Notes: generated by a model from the letters alone, not told the origin. A DNA stretch of 64,000 nucleotides from a bacterium (GCA_021372585.1 JAJFUD010000065.1:2640-66639); one strand, 5' to 3'; positions 36,179 through 47,231 are shown, numbered from the stretch's first letter. Program-made: numbers and translations.

Positions 36179-37845
36179 AAACGGACATTGAGATTCAAAA
36201 CGAAACTGAGTTCTGGCCAATAGAAAAAGTGGCAGAAAAAGTTGGTTTAACGTCTGACCAGATTGAGTGCTATGGAAAATACAAAGCCAAAATTTCCTAT
36301 GACTTGGTGAAAAATGCAAAACCAAAACAGGACAGTCAGTTGATACTAATCTCAGCCATTTCTCCCACTCCAGCCGGAGTAGGAAAAACCACCAACTTGA
36401 TTGGAATAGTCGATGCGCTGAATCGACTAGGAAAAAAAGCAATCACTGCCTTAAGAGAACCCTCCTTAGGTCCTACATTGGGAATGAAAGGCGGTGCAGC
36501 AGGCGGTGGATATGCGCAAGTGGTTCCCATGGAAGATATTAACCTGCATTTTACGGGAGATTTCCACGCCATCACGTATGCCAATAATTTATTATCCAGC
36601 CTGATTGATAACCATATCAATTATGGCAATGCCTTAAAAATAGATTACCGTGATATAAAATTCAAAAGAACATTTGATCTGGATGATCGCTCGTTAAGAG
36701 AGCTATATATCGGCCTTGGTGATAAAAACGGGTACCCCAGAAAAGAAGGGTTTAACATTACTGCTGCTTCAGAAGTGATGGCCATTCTCACCCTGGCTAA
36801 AGACCTAATGGATTTAAAGGAGAGATTCGGTAACATCCTCATCGGATATACTTTTGACGGCTCTCCGGTATTTGCCAGAAATCTGGATGCTGAAAATGCT
36901 ATGGCTGTCTTGATGAAGGAAGCCATAAAACCTAACCTGGTGCAAACCCTTGAACACAGTCCGGCCATTATACATAGTGGTCCTTTTGGTAACATCGCCA
37001 CCGGCACTTCCAGTATCACTTCGATACGAACAGCACTCTCCCTCGCAGATTATGTAGTGACCGAAGCTGGTTTTGGTGCTGATCTGGGTGCGGAAAAATT
37101 TCTCGATATCATCTGCAGAGCAGGATCGTTTGCTCCCTCCACGATCGTTATCATGTCGAGTATTCAAGCTTTAAAATACCACGGTGGCGTGCCTGTCCCA
37201 CAATTAAAAGCTGAAAACATACAAGCAATTGAGATTGGACTGGAAAACCTGATGGTTCATGTGGAGAATATGAGTTTATTTAACATACCGATCGTCGTAG
37301 GATTGAACCGGTTTCCCAGTGACTCAGATAAAGAGATTGAATATACCCTCCAGATCATGAAAAAATCAGGTATTCAAGGATACCTGACAGAACCATATAC
37401 AAAAGGCGGAGCGGGATGCGAAGAAATGGCCAAGGCGATTCTTAGTCTATCCAGTGTTGATGCATCAAAAACGGTGAAATACCTATATCCTCTTGATATT
37501 CCGCTAGAAGATAAAATTGAGATCATTGCAAAAAAGATATACCGAGCTCAAGGTGTGGAATATTCCAGAAAAGCAAAACGGGATATCCAGAAAATTACCA
37601 GCATTGGCTTTGGAAATTTACCGATTTGTATTGCTAAAACACAATATTCTCTCTCAGATGACCCAAAAATACTTTCTTTAAGACAACCCTATTCTATTAA
37701 TATTGATGAAGTGAGACTTTCATCTGGAGCCGGATTTGTGATTCCCATCGCCGGCAACATGATGACAATGCCCGGCTTGCCCATGAAACCGAATTCACAG
37801 AACTTCACTATTGATGAAAATGGTTTGATCACAGGATTGGAGTAA
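36175..37845 (+). CDS. fhs: Formate--tetrahydrofolate ligase
   Basis: PTPAGVGKTT nucleotide-binding loop and conserved FTHFS blocks. ATGA overlap with the carbamate kinase gene. Confidence 0.9.
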   Translation: MKTDIEIQNETEFWPIEKVAEKVGLTSDQIECYGKYKAKISYDLVKNAKPKQDSQLILISAISPTPAGVGKTTNLIGIVDALNRLGKKAITALREPSLGPTLGMKGGAAGGGYAQVVPMEDINLHFTGDFHAITYANNLLSSLIDNHINYGNALKIDYRDIKFKRTFDLDDRSLRELYIGLGDKNGYPRKEGFNITAASEVMAILTLAKDLMDLKERFGNILIGYTFDGSPVFARNLDAENAMAVLMKEAIKPNLVQTLEHSPAIIHSGPFGNIATGTSSITSIRTALSLADYVVTEAGFGADLGAEKFLDIICRAGSFAPSTIVIMSSIQALKYHGGVPVPQLKAENIQAIEIGLENLMVHVENMSLFNIPIVVGLNRFPSDSDKEIEYTLQIMKKSGIQGYLTEPYTKGGAGCEEMAKAILSLSSVDASKTVKYLYPLDIPLEDKIEIIAKKIYRAQGVEYSRKAKRDIQKITSIGFGNLPICIAKTQYSLSDDPKILSLRQPYSINIDEVRLSSGAGFVIPIAGNMMTMPGLPMKPNSQNFTIDENGLITGLE

Positions 37846-37848
37846 TCG

Positions 37849-40800
37849 ATGATGCGTAAATGTACTTTTATACTTATTTTGTGTCTTTCATTTTTACTCT
37901 CTGGTTTATCAACACCAGCTCAATCGGTTTCAAACGAAGAAATCGTAGATTACCTGATTTTCTTCCGTGACCAACAAAATCTCGGTGAAAAAATCAATTG
38001 GATGAATCAATTTCAACAATGGGACAGGTATTTTGAGACTAAAACATTTGAAAAACTCTCTATATGTCAGGTAAAAGCCACTTCGAAAACTTTTCGCTTC
38101 ATTCAACAGCATTATCCGGATGCCATGTTTTACCCAAACTATCATTTTTCAGCTTCTCCGGTTAGCCAGGAAGTGATTTCTGCTCCTGATACTTCCACCA
38201 TACCCTGGAATCTCGAGAGTATCCACGCAAATTGGTTGTGGGAACAAGGTTATACGGGAAAAAACGTCCATCTGGGAGTGTTAGATACCGGTGTCGATGG
38301 TTCTCATAAAGATTTGCAAGGAAAAATCAATCACTTTGCTTTTATAGATCGATCCGGCTATGTGGTAAAGGAAGAGGTAGCGTATGATACCGATACCCAT
38401 GGCACACACGTTTCCGGAATTATTGCCGGCGGAAGCACTCAGAAACCATTGGGCGTCAGCCCTGACTCAATGCTTTCAGTTGGCGTTGTCATACCCGGCG
38501 GTGGTGGATCATTTGTTCAGATTTTAGCTGGATTAGAATGGATGCTGGATCCTGATCAGAATCCAGCTACAGAGGATGCCCCCCATGCTGTCAATTTATC
38601 CCTTGGAGCACCTGGTTATTTGAGTATATGGTCATCCATCCTTACAAAAATGCTCAACCGAAATATATTGCCTATTTTTTCTGTTGGAAACGACGGAGAC
38701 GGTATTACCTCTACTCCAGGCAACACACCTCTATCTTTCAGTGCTGGAGCCTTGGATATTCAGAATAACATCGGTACTTTCTCTTCCGGTGCGGATCATC
38801 TTTACTGGGAAGACAAAGAGACCGTTCTTTTGGATTACTCAAAGCCTGATGTATCAGCGCCAGGCGTAAATGTTGTCTCATCAGTCCCCGGAAATAAATA
38901 TGCAGCCATGAGCGGTTCATCTATGGCAGCACCACATTTAACAGGTGCAGTGGGATTGCTGGTGGATGCTTTTCCCGATATCTCCGCTTTCGATTTACGA
39001 GCTTATATTGAAGCCTCTGCGATGGATTTAGGTGTCAGTGGTGCTGATACAAGATATGGTAAAGGTAAATTGGATGTCAAACAAGCTTATCTGAATCTCT
39101 CCAGCTCAGTCAAAGTAACCGGTCAAATCAAAAATGCAAGTTCTGTATCGCTGCGTTGGCGTGAATTGAATCGATCCGTCTATGTCAATCCACAGGGAGC
39201 ATTCGTCAGTTACCTGAATCCCGGTTCCTATCATTTAGACTTTTATATCAACCGCAACTTAGTACAATCCATTCCTGTCCTGAATCTTGAGAAACCAATC
39301 CATCTTTCTGCAGAAATTCCTCCCGTCACTGAAACCTTGATTGAAGGAAAAGTGATGGATGCAAAAGGAAACCCCCTGTCTGCTATTGTAGTCTCTTCGG
39401 AAGAAACAGTACAAACCAACACTGAAGGGTTTTTTCAGCTGAAAACAAACTTGTTTGAAACGATTGAAATCCTCTGCTCAGGTTATCAAAATAAAACAAT
39501 ATTCATTCAGAAGCCAGGCAGTTATTGTAATGTTAAACTACTGCCCGCAGATTTGTTGCTCATTGAAGGCAATTCTTTGATGAATACGATGAAAAATCCG
39601 CCTCGCGATGCTAAACAATTCTATACGAAAGCACTAGACGATTTAAAAGTCTCCTATTCGTATTTCGATTCAAGCAAATACTCTTTAACTTGGGATTATA
39701 TCAAAAATTTTGACTCCGTAATTGCTTTTTATCCGAGCGGAACAGTGACTTACGATGAAGGAATCGTGCTAGCCAAGTACTTGGAAGCCGGGGGGAGACT
39801 AATTATCAGCGGAAGGTTACTTTTTTACCTGGAACAATACCTTGGGAATGATTTTCTTCAAACTTATTATGGCGTTACATCAAGGTACACGCTTGCCAGT
39901 CCCTCTGTCATCAGCTACTCTGAAAATGGCCCTTTTGCAGGTTTTTTCTTTCCCTTGTCAGGAGATGAAGGGGCTAATAACCAAGAATATTGCGAGATTC
40001 TTCAGAAAAATGAGAGCGGAAAAGTAATAACCCCTCTGTTGCGATATGCGGATGCCACTAAAGAGGCATATTCAGCAATCAGCATATCGAATGGCCGGTA
40101 CAGAAGTATTTTGATGAGTTTTGGTTTTGAGGGGATCGGAAACCCATTATCAAGGCTTGAATGGATGAGGGCGATGTTATCTTGGCTCAAAGACACCCAA
40201 ACCATACACATCCAACTTAATGAGAGCGTCTCTCCGCATTTTATCAGAATCAAAAAGAATAATCAGAACTTGATTGAACAGATCGCAGATAACAATGAAG
40301 TGATTTTTCGGAACCTGGAAGCCGGGGATTACGATGTTACCCTCCATACGTTTGGATTTGAGAGTGAGAATTTTAAGACTACTATTCAATCCGGAGATTA
40401 TTATTCTATTCAATCCTTTCCGAAAGCATCCCCGTATCAACCGGTTCAACTACAATTTGAGACATCTTCGGATCATCCGATTTACTACCAGCTATATTTT
40501 TATTCTCGCTTGATAAAAGAAGACATTTTGACCTTCCCTGTCCTAAAAGAAAGCCTTCCCTCCGGTAACTATACGCTAATTGCCTATTCTTCTTCCCTGT
40601 CTCCGCTGAAATACTACATCAATGTGACTGACCAACCAATTGATATAAAGCTGGAATTGACTCCTATGAAAAAGAAAGTGTTGTTAGTGAATAACAGCGC
40701 TACAGGGAATTTTTTTGTGGACAATTATCTTCGTTTAGGAGATTTTTATAAAAAATTCTTCACGTCAGTCAGCTACGGAGTTGATTTTTGGGATGTTTCC

Positions 40801-41328
40801 GACAAAGGATTTCCCACAAAACTCGATTTGTTACCGTATCAAGTGGTATATTATTTTTCGGGTATCAACCAAAATGCACTCTTAAAACCTGAACATCTCT
40901 CTGTTTTAAGCTTTTATCTGGATCAGGGAGGAAAAGTCATCTTGAATGGTAATTGTCATCATTCTAATCTGAAAGGAACCGCATTTTTACAGAAGTATTT
41001 TGGTATTGATATCTATTCCCCCAATGTGAGAGAACAGACGGTTATCGGAAATAGTCACACCATTATGGATGGTTTACTGATTGATCTATCCGATTCAATG
41101 ACTGAAAGCGGCATTCTAACTCCTTATCCAAGTCTGACAAAACTGAATGACACTGTTGTTACGGTATTTTCATACTTAAGCGGAAAGGTATCGAGTACGT
41201 ATTATAAACAGGAAAACTACAGCACCCTTTACATTACATTCGGCTTGGATAATGTTACAAAGTCAAGCGTAAGACTTGATTTAGTCAACAAATCCATACA
41301 ACTAATGATAGAAGGAATGAAAGAATAG
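37849..41328 (+). CDS. S8 family serine peptidase (subtilisin-like) with long C-terminal extension
   Basis: Signal peptide. Catalytic triad blocks VLDTGV (Asp), HGTHVSGIIAG (His), GSSMAAPHLTGAVGLL (Ser). About 700 aa C-terminal region of unknown domains. Confidence 0.85.
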   Translation: MMRKCTFILILCLSFLLSGLSTPAQSVSNEEIVDYLIFFRDQQNLGEKINWMNQFQQWDRYFETKTFEKLSICQVKATSKTFRFIQQHYPDAMFYPNYHFSASPVSQEVISAPDTSTIPWNLESIHANWLWEQGYTGKNVHLGVLDTGVDGSHKDLQGKINHFAFIDRSGYVVKEEVAYDTDTHGTHVSGIIAGGSTQKPLGVSPDSMLSVGVVIPGGGGSFVQILAGLEWMLDPDQNPATEDAPHAVNLSLGAPGYLSIWSSILTKMLNRNILPIFSVGNDGDGITSTPGNTPLSFSAGALDIQNNIGTFSSGADHLYWEDKETVLLDYSKPDVSAPGVNVVSSVPGNKYAAMSGSSMAAPHLTGAVGLLVDAFPDISAFDLRAYIEASAMDLGVSGADTRYGKGKLDVKQAYLNLSSSVKVTGQIKNASSVSLRWRELNRSVYVNPQGAFVSYLNPGSYHLDFYINRNLVQSIPVLNLEKPIHLSAEIPPVTETLIEGKVMDAKGNPLSAIVVSSEETVQTNTEGFFQLKTNLFETIEILCSGYQNKTIFIQKPGSYCNVKLLPADLLLIEGNSLMNTMKNPPRDAKQFYTKALDDLKVSYSYFDSSKYSLTWDYIKNFDSVIAFYPSGTVTYDEGIVLAKYLEAGGRLIISGRLLFYLEQYLGNDFLQTYYGVTSRYTLASPSVISYSENGPFAGFFFPLSGDEGANNQEYCEILQKNESGKVITPLLRYADATKEAYSAISISNGRYRSILMSFGFEGIGNPLSRLEWMRAMLSWLKDTQTIHIQLNESVSPHFIRIKKNNQNLIEQIADNNEVIFRNLEAGDYDVTLHTFGFESENFKTTIQSGDYYSIQSFPKASPYQPVQLQFETSSDHPIYYQLYFYSRLIKEDILTFPVLKESLPSGNYTLIAYSSSLSPLKYYINVTDQPIDIKLELTPMKKKVLLVNNSATGNFFVDNYLRLGDFYKKFFTSVSYGVDFWDVSDKGFPTKLDLLPYQVVYYFSGINQNALLKPEHLSVLSFYLDQGGKVILNGNCHHSNLKGTAFLQKYFGIDIYSPNVREQTVIGNSHTIMDGLLIDLSDSMTESGILTPYPSLTKLNDTVVTVFSYLSGKVSSTYYKQENYSTLYITFGLDNVTKSSVRLDLVNKSIQLMIEGMKE

Positions 41329-41676
41329 ATGGACAAAACCGCTTTTGAAGAACTAACCATCCAGGCAATGGATAATCTTTCGAAGGAGTTTCAGGAGCGG
41401 CTGCACAATGTCACCGTGATTATTGAAGACTCCCCAGAGGAAAATGCGAAACGAGCACACCTTCTTGGTCTTTATGAGGGTATACCCAATCCTTATAAAG
41501 GGGTGAATTATACATTTGTCCTGCCCGATAAGATTACCTTATTCATGCTCAACATTCTCCATTGGTCGGACTATCAGAATAAACCCCTTCTCAAGATGAT
41601 TGAAGAGGTGCTATATCACGAGATCGGTCATCATTTTGGTTTCAGTGAAGAAGACTTGCAACACCTGGATTCTTAG
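41329..41676 (+). CDS. Minimal zincin-like metallopeptidase family protein (DUF1025-like)
   Basis: 115 aa with C-terminal HEIGHHFG HExxH motif and conserved LLGLYEG / LPDKI blocks. Start ATG directly abuts the TAG stop of the S8 protease gene. Confidence 0.7.
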   Translation: MDKTAFEELTIQAMDNLSKEFQERLHNVTVIIEDSPEENAKRAHLLGLYEGIPNPYKGVNYTFVLPDKITLFMLNILHWSDYQNKPLLKMIEEVLYHEIGHHFGFSEEDLQHLDS

Positions 41677-44190
41677 TTATACAGCTTGGAGTGTCAGCTT
41701 CTCTTCCGGTAAAAGCTTCATGAACTTAAAGGCAGTTTCCTGAAAATCTATATATATCGTGTCATATTCAGAAAATTCATCTTTCAGGATAGCTTCTGAG
41801 AGAGGATCGGATAATGTCCTTTGAATCGTACGCCACAATGGTCTGGCACCAAATTTCTTATCATAGCCAATTCTGGCCAGTTCTTTTTTTGCGGCCATTG
41901 AAAGGATGAAAGATATTTTCTTATCTTCCAGCTCTTCTTCCACTTTCTTAATTAACAGATCCACTATTTTCAGAATATTTTCTTCTGTCAGAGAATTAAA
42001 CACGATTTGATCATCCAGTCTGTTAATAAACTCTGGTTTAAAGTGTTTTTTTAACTCAGTCAGGAGGTTTTCTTTGGAAATGGCAGCCTCAGCAATTTCT
42101 TCAGTGGAAGCATCTTTCTGGAAACCTAACATTTTTGCCTTATCCCAGGAGCCTCCGATATTGGAGGTCAAAATGATAATAGTATTGCTAAAATTGATGG
42201 TTCGACCTTGAGAATCTGTTAGTCTGCCACAATCCAGAATCTGGAGAAGGATGTTATAAATATCCGGATGAGCTTTTTCAATTTCATCAAACAGGATAAT
42301 CGAATAAGGTTGTTTTCTGATTGTACCGGTCAACTGACCACCCTCTTCATACCCGACATAACCTGGAGGAGCGCCAATCAGTCTTGAAACGGAAAATTTT
42401 TCCATATACTCGCTCATATCAAATCGAACGAGTAAATCAGAAGAACCAAATAAATAGTCTGCCAATACTTTAGCTAGTTCGGTTTTACCAACCCCTGTCG
42501 GACCCAGGAACAGGAAAGAACCCATCGGCTTATTCGGGTCTTTTAAACCGGTCTTTCCTCTTCGTATAGCTTTGGATACTGCAGAAATCGCTTGAGGTTG
42601 CCCGATAATTTTATCAGTTAGAGCTTTTTCCATGTTCAAAAGCTTGGTTTTATCTTCCTGGAGCAATTTCCCAACTGGAATCTTGGTCCATTGAGAAATA
42701 ACTTCTGCTACATCGTCTTCTGTGATTTTATAGGTTAGCTTCTTGTTATCTTCTATCCATTTTTGGCTTGTTTCAAGAATTTGGGTCTGCAGTTTCTTTT
42801 CTTCCTCGTGCAAATCATTGGCAAGAGTAAAATCCTGATTTACTGTCGCTTTTTCTTTTTGAAGCCGAATCTCTTGCAATTTATTATCATATTCTTTTAA
42901 GATGGCTGGGGGGGTTGAAGCAGCTAATCGCACCCTGGAACAAGCTTCATCAATAACATCAATCGCTTTATCAGGTAAAAACCGTTGGGTAATATAGCGT
43001 GAGGATAATTTGACCGCTTCTTCAATAGACTCTTCTGTAATAATCACCATATGATGATCTTCGTATTTTTGTTTCAATCCTTTTAGCATATTAATGGTAT
43101 CCTCAACACAAGGTTCTGAAATTAAGATGGATTGAAAACGCCTTTCCAGGGCAGGATCTTTCTCAATGTGTTTACGATACTCATCAATCGTGGTTGCACC
43201 GATACAATGGAGCTCCCCTCTGGATAAAGCAGGTTTCATGATATTGGAAGCATCAATCGAGCCTTCTGCTGAACCGGCTCCCACAACGGTGTGAAGCTCA
43301 TCGATAAACACGATTACATCGCCGCTGGCTTTTTTCACCTCATCGACCACTTTTTTCATTCGCTCTTCGAATTCACCGCGGTATTTTGTTCCTGCGACCA
43401 AGCTGCTTAAATCCAACGATAACACTCGTTTGTTCTGAAGAATCTCCGGAACCTGCTGAGAAGCGATCTTCTGGGCCAATCCCTCCACAATCACGGTCTT
43501 GCCAACACCCGGATCCCCGATCAGCACAGGGTTATTCTTGGTTCGACGGCAAAGAATCTGTATGACCCTCTGGATCTCTTTATCACGGGCAATCACCGGA
43601 TCCAGTTTGCCTACTTTTGCCAACGCTGTTAAATCCCTGCTATATTGATCCAATAAAGCTGTTTTCGCTCTGGCACCAGGTCTTGACTCTTGTTCTGATC
43701 CTGAGTTCTGAGTATTCTTTTCTGTCTGGCTCTGCTTTCTTTCCAAAATCAGTTTGAATAGTAACTCTCTGGTCTTGAAAGAATCTAAGCCCATTTCTTC
43801 AAGAATTTTAAAAGCAATACCATCCCCTTCACGCATAATGCTAAGAAGTAAGTGTTCAGTACCGACAACCGCAGAACCCATTTCTTTTGCTTCCTGGCTA
43901 GCCATTTCAAAAACTCGTTTGGCTCTGGTGGATAAAGTAATCTCATTATTGGAATGTTCATAAAACCGGAATTGTCTATTGTCCCGAATCGAATTTTCTA
44001 TTCTTTGAAATACATAATTCGAATTGATCCCTGAAAGTGATAATGCATGCCACGCCATACATTCTTCAACTCGAAGTAATCCCAACAGCAGATGCTCTGT
44101 TCCTAAATAGTCATTGCCCAGCCTATGCGCTTCTTCTTGCGACTGAATGACTACTTTTCTGGCATTTTCAGTTAAATTCTCCCAAATCAT
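41677..44190 (-). CDS. clpC: ATP-dependent Clp protease ATP-binding subunit ClpC
   Basis: Two Clp_N repeats. Two AAA+ modules ([16 protein letters not shown]) with a short middle domain. ClpA/B C-terminal D2-small domain. Confidence 0.85.
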   Translation of the reverse strand: MIWENLTENARKVVIQSQEEAHRLGNDYLGTEHLLLGLLRVEECMAWHALSLSGINSNYVFQRIENSIRDNRQFRFYEHSNNEITLSTRAKRVFEMASQEAKEMGSAVVGTEHLLLSIMREGDGIAFKILEEMGLDSFKTRELLFKLILERKQSQTEKNTQNSGSEQESRPGARAKTALLDQYSRDLTALAKVGKLDPVIARDKEIQRVIQILCRRTKNNPVLIGDPGVGKTVIVEGLAQKIASQQVPEILQNKRVLSLDLSSLVAGTKYRGEFEERMKKVVDEVKKASGDVIVFIDELHTVVGAGSAEGSIDASNIMKPALSRGELHCIGATTIDEYRKHIEKDPALERRFQSILISEPCVEDTINMLKGLKQKYEDHHMVIITEESIEEAVKLSSRYITQRFLPDKAIDVIDEACSRVRLAASTPPAILKEYDNKLQEIRLQKEKATVNQDFTLANDLHEEEKKLQTQILETSQKWIEDNKKLTYKITEDDVAEVISQWTKIPVGKLLQEDKTKLLNMEKALTDKIIGQPQAISAVSKAIRRGKTGLKDPNKPMGSFLFLGPTGVGKTELAKVLADYLFGSSDLLVRFDMSEYMEKFSVSRLIGAPPGYVGYEEGGQLTGTIRKQPYSIILFDEIEKAHPDIYNILLQILDCGRLTDSQGRTINFSNTIIILTSNIGGSWDKAKMLGFQKDASTEEIAEAAISKENLLTELKKHFKPEFINRLDDQIVFNSLTEENILKIVDLLIKKVEEELEDKKISFILSMAAKKELARIGYDKKFGARPLWRTIQRTLSDPLSEAILKDEFSEYDTIYIDFQETAFKFMKLLPEEKLTLQAV

Positions 44191-44212
44191 CTACTACAAC
44201 GCTCCTTTTTAG

Positions 44213-44881
44213 CTATTCGATCTCTGTATTCAGATGTTCGATTAACTGCGATACGATGTTATACATTTTTTCTTCATAACCACGCTGGTAATAAGCAATA
44301 TTGCCTTGTTTATCCAGCAACAGGTAGTATGGATAACCTTGCACACCATATTGATTCGATGACACAAAACCGCTGTCATCTAACAAAATGGGATAAGTGT
44401 GTTTTCCGGTAGGATATTTATAAAGAACCGTCTCTTTATTTTCCTTGCAAAAAATGGAAATGATCTCAAAAGATTGGTTGTGATACTCTTCATATAATTT
44501 ATCCAGATGAGGTTCCTGAGTCGTGCACCATGTACACCAAGTCGTGCTGAAATCTATCAGAACAATCTTTCCCTCTAACGACTTTAATTGAAACTTTTTG
44601 CCATCGAGTGTAGGAAGCTCGAAATCCTTTGCAGCGACTCTCTGGTCTTTAGGAATCAGATACTGATCCAGTATAGCAGAGGATGGTGGAGAAATCTGCT
44701 CCGGTTTTTCTGGTTGGGTTACCTGGGAAGGTAAAGGCGTATTATTGGGATCCACAGAAGCGAGATCTTTTTGACAGGAAACAGAAAATAAAAATAAAAC
44801 CATTATTAAATTTGCACCCAAAATCTTTCGCCAAGCCTTATTCCTATTCAGATTCATTCTTTGAACCTCCCAAAATCTCAA
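44213..44881 (-). CDS. TlpA/ResA-like thiol-disulfide oxidoreductase lipoprotein
   Basis: Lipoprotein signal (lipobox VSC). Thioredoxin-fold WCTWC active site. Confidence 0.75.
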   Translation of the reverse strand: MRFWEVQRMNLNRNKAWRKILGANLIMVLFLFSVSCQKDLASVDPNNTPLPSQVTQPEKPEQISPPSSAILDQYLIPKDQRVAAKDFELPTLDGKKFQLKSLEGKIVLIDFSTTWCTWCTTQEPHLDKLYEEYHNQSFEIISIFCKENKETVLYKYPTGKHTYPILLDDSGFVSSNQYGVQGYPYYLLLDKQGNIAYYQRGYEEKMYNIVSQLIEHLNTEIE

Positions 44882-44965
44882 TCATGTTAATTATACCCTA
44901 ATCAACGAATTTTAGTTTTTAAAAAACATCAATCTCAAGTAAAATTATATCTGGAGGAATAAACT

Positions 44966-45448
44966 ATGTATAGAATTTGGGCTCCTTGGAGAAAGCAATA
45001 TCTCCAAAACTGCAACGATACCGGGTGTTTCTTGTGTGAGATCCTGAATTCCGATGATGATAAGAAGAACCTGGTATTGTACCGAACGCCTTCTGTATAT
45101 GTGGTCATGAATAAATATCCTTACACTAATGGGCACATGATGGTAGTTCCAAGCCTCCATACCGGGTCTTTAAGTGATCTGCCCTCTGAGATTCGGGGAG
45201 AGTGTTTCGAGATGACCAACCAAGCTGCCCTGTGGTTAACCAAAGCATTACATCCTCAGGGGTTTAATATCGGGATGAACCTGGGAAAAGTAGCAGGTGC
45301 GGGATTGGAATCGCATCTGCATATCCATATCGTTCCCAGATGGGCAGGTGATGCAAATTTTATGACTACCATTCACCAGACTAGGGTTATTTCCGAATCC
45401 CTTGAGGATACGTACAAACACATTATTGAAGTTATTCAAAAGGAGTAA
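44966..45448 (+). CDS. HIT family hydrolase
   Basis: Histidine triad HLHIHIVPRW. N-terminal Cys cluster CFLCE. RBS GGAGGA 11 nt upstream. Confidence 0.85.
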   Translation: MYRIWAPWRKQYLQNCNDTGCFLCEILNSDDDKKNLVLYRTPSVYVVMNKYPYTNGHMMVVPSLHTGSLSDLPSEIRGECFEMTNQAALWLTKALHPQGFNIGMNLGKVAGAGLESHLHIHIVPRWAGDANFMTTIHQTRVISESLEDTYKHIIEVIQKE

Positions 45449-45451
45449 ATC

Positions 45452-45991
45452 ATGAAAAAAATCAACTTTCGTTGGATTGTCATATTGATCTGCCTGAGCG
45501 TCCTCCTGCCATTGCAGTCATGCAAAAAAACTCCCCGGCTAGACAGCTCCTTGAAATCTTTTTCGAATCAGTATTTTACATTTCAGTACCCCAAGGACTG
45601 GAAGATCGAGGATAATCCTAACCAGCTCTCTATCACCGGACCGGAAGAGCTAGGCTATTATGTAAATTTGAAAATAGATTATAACCCTTCAGTAGATTTA
45701 CCACTGAACGATTTCCTGACGACCGTTGAAACACAGAATAACCTCAGTAAACTCTGGCAGTTTAAAGATATGGGGACGGTAGAAATGACGATTAATGGTC
45801 AACCCGCTTTACAACATAGCATTCTCACTGCGATACAGATCAAGGAAGTTCCGTTGTACCTGTTTGTTCGATTGACCTATTTCGTAAAAGGTAAATTAGG
45901 CATCGTGATTACTGCAGAAATTCCACAGGATGTCCTGGCAAAATATGAGCAATCCATTAACGGGATTATTCAGTCTTTCAGGATGAAATAA
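45452..45991 (+). CDS. Hypothetical lipoprotein
   Basis: Signal peptide with lipobox LQSC. No recognised catalytic motif. Confidence 0.5.
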   Translation: MKKINFRWIVILICLSVLLPLQSCKKTPRLDSSLKSFSNQYFTFQYPKDWKIEDNPNQLSITGPEELGYYVNLKIDYNPSVDLPLNDFLTTVETQNNLSKLWQFKDMGTVEMTINGQPALQHSILTAIQIKEVPLYLFVRLTYFVKGKLGIVITAEIPQDVLAKYEQSINGIIQSFRMK

Positions 45992-45992
45992 T

Positions 45993-47231
45993 ATGAGAAA
46001 GACGTTCCTCTCCCTCTTTCTTCTCACATTTCTCTTTTCATTCTTATCTATGCCTGCCCCCACCAACGCAGCATTACCCGATTTACAGATTTCTACCAAT
46101 GAAAGCGGATTCTTACTCTTCGGATCTCCTGGCCAACGAACCATCAAAATGGTGGATTCAAGCGGTATCCTTTTTAAGGAGATCAATATTCCATCCGAAA
46201 TCAAACAGAACAGCCGTTTTCAAATTTGTCCATGTGGCGGATTTATTGTAATGTACGATGCCACGCAAGGGAAATTCTTCTACCTGAATGATATGACTGA
46301 AGAATCGGAAGAATCATATCCCGTAACAGGAACCGTTTCCGACATTACTGTCTCAAAAAACAGGTCCCGTTATGTTGGTATCGCAAAAGGCAGTTCCAAA
46401 ATTGTCACCCTGTATGATGAAGCCAGGAAATTTATCCGCGACCTTTCTCTATCGCAGACTATTCAGGAAGCCACCTTGATTCAACTGGACAGAGACAACA
46501 AACTATGGGTGTATGACAAAAAAAGTGCGGCTATATTCAAGTTTGATACTAAGGGAGAGTTGCTTCAAACCATAAAAAGATTTGGGTCCAACAATATTCC
46601 CGAACTGGTTAGTTTTGATTCTGACATCCACAATATGCTCTATGTCATGGATAAAAACGGAACTACTTATAATATCAACTCCAGAGGAGAGAACCTAAGC
46701 AAAACTCAATGGAACAAACCCGGTGCCGGGAGCATGGCATATGATGCCGTTCATAAACAGATGTTTATCGCCACTGCCTCCATCTTCTGCGGAAATGCAA
46801 TCACAAAGCAAAAAGTGTGGGAAATAACCAAGCCCTGGCAAGCACCCCTTAAAAAAATATTTGAGATGCGTATCGGCTCCAGGATGTTCACACAATATGG
46901 CGCTAATGCGAAAACCATGGATGCAGCCCCGTATATTGACGTTTTCTCCAACCGAACGATGGTGCCTCTTCGTACCATTGCAGAAGCGGTTGGTTGCCAG
47001 GTGAACTGGATTGCTAAGGAACAAAGGATAGAATTATCCAAAACCGGATTGAAAGTAACACTGGTCATCAACAAAAAAACAGCCCAAGTCAATGGAAAGA
47101 CGGTACAATTAGATGCCGTTCCGGTTATTCAAAAAAGCCGTACATTTGTCCCGTTGCGTTTTGTAGGAGAAACTTTCTCCTTCCAGGTAGAGTGGAAAGA
47201 AGTGGAGAGAAAAATCCGATTGATCGGATAG
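45993..47231 (+). CDS. Secreted protein with C-terminal Cu-amine-oxidase-N-like domain
   Basis: Signal peptide. Beta-rich region. C-terminal Cu_amine_oxidN1 pattern (TMVPLRTIAEAVGCQVNW...RTFVPLRFVGETFSFQVEW). Confidence 0.6.
   Translation: MRKTFLSLFLLTFLFSFLSMPAPTNAALPDLQISTNESGFLLFGSPGQRTIKMVDSSGILFKEINIPSEIKQNSRFQICPCGGFIVMYDATQGKFFYLNDMTEESEESYPVTGTVSDITVSKNRSRYVGIAKGSSKIVTLYDEARKFIRDLSLSQTIQEATLIQLDRDNKLWVYDKKSAAIFKFDTKGELLQTIKRFGSNNIPELVSFDSDIHNMLYVMDKNGTTYNINSRGENLSKTQWNKPGAGSMAYDAVHKQMFIATASIFCGNAITKQKVWEITKPWQAPLKKIFEMRIGSRMFTQYGANAKTMDAAPYIDVFSNRTMVPLRTIAEAVGCQVNWIAKEQRIELSKTGLKVTLVINKKTAQVNGKTVQLDAVPVIQKSRTFVPLRFVGETFSFQVEWKEVERKIRLIG

Noticed and set aside
35873-37167. Several minus-strand ORFs (94-189 aa) antisense to arcC and fhs
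   Set aside because: They are embedded in highly conserved carbamate kinase / FTHFS genes. The translations are Cys/Phe/Leu-rich and lack motifs.
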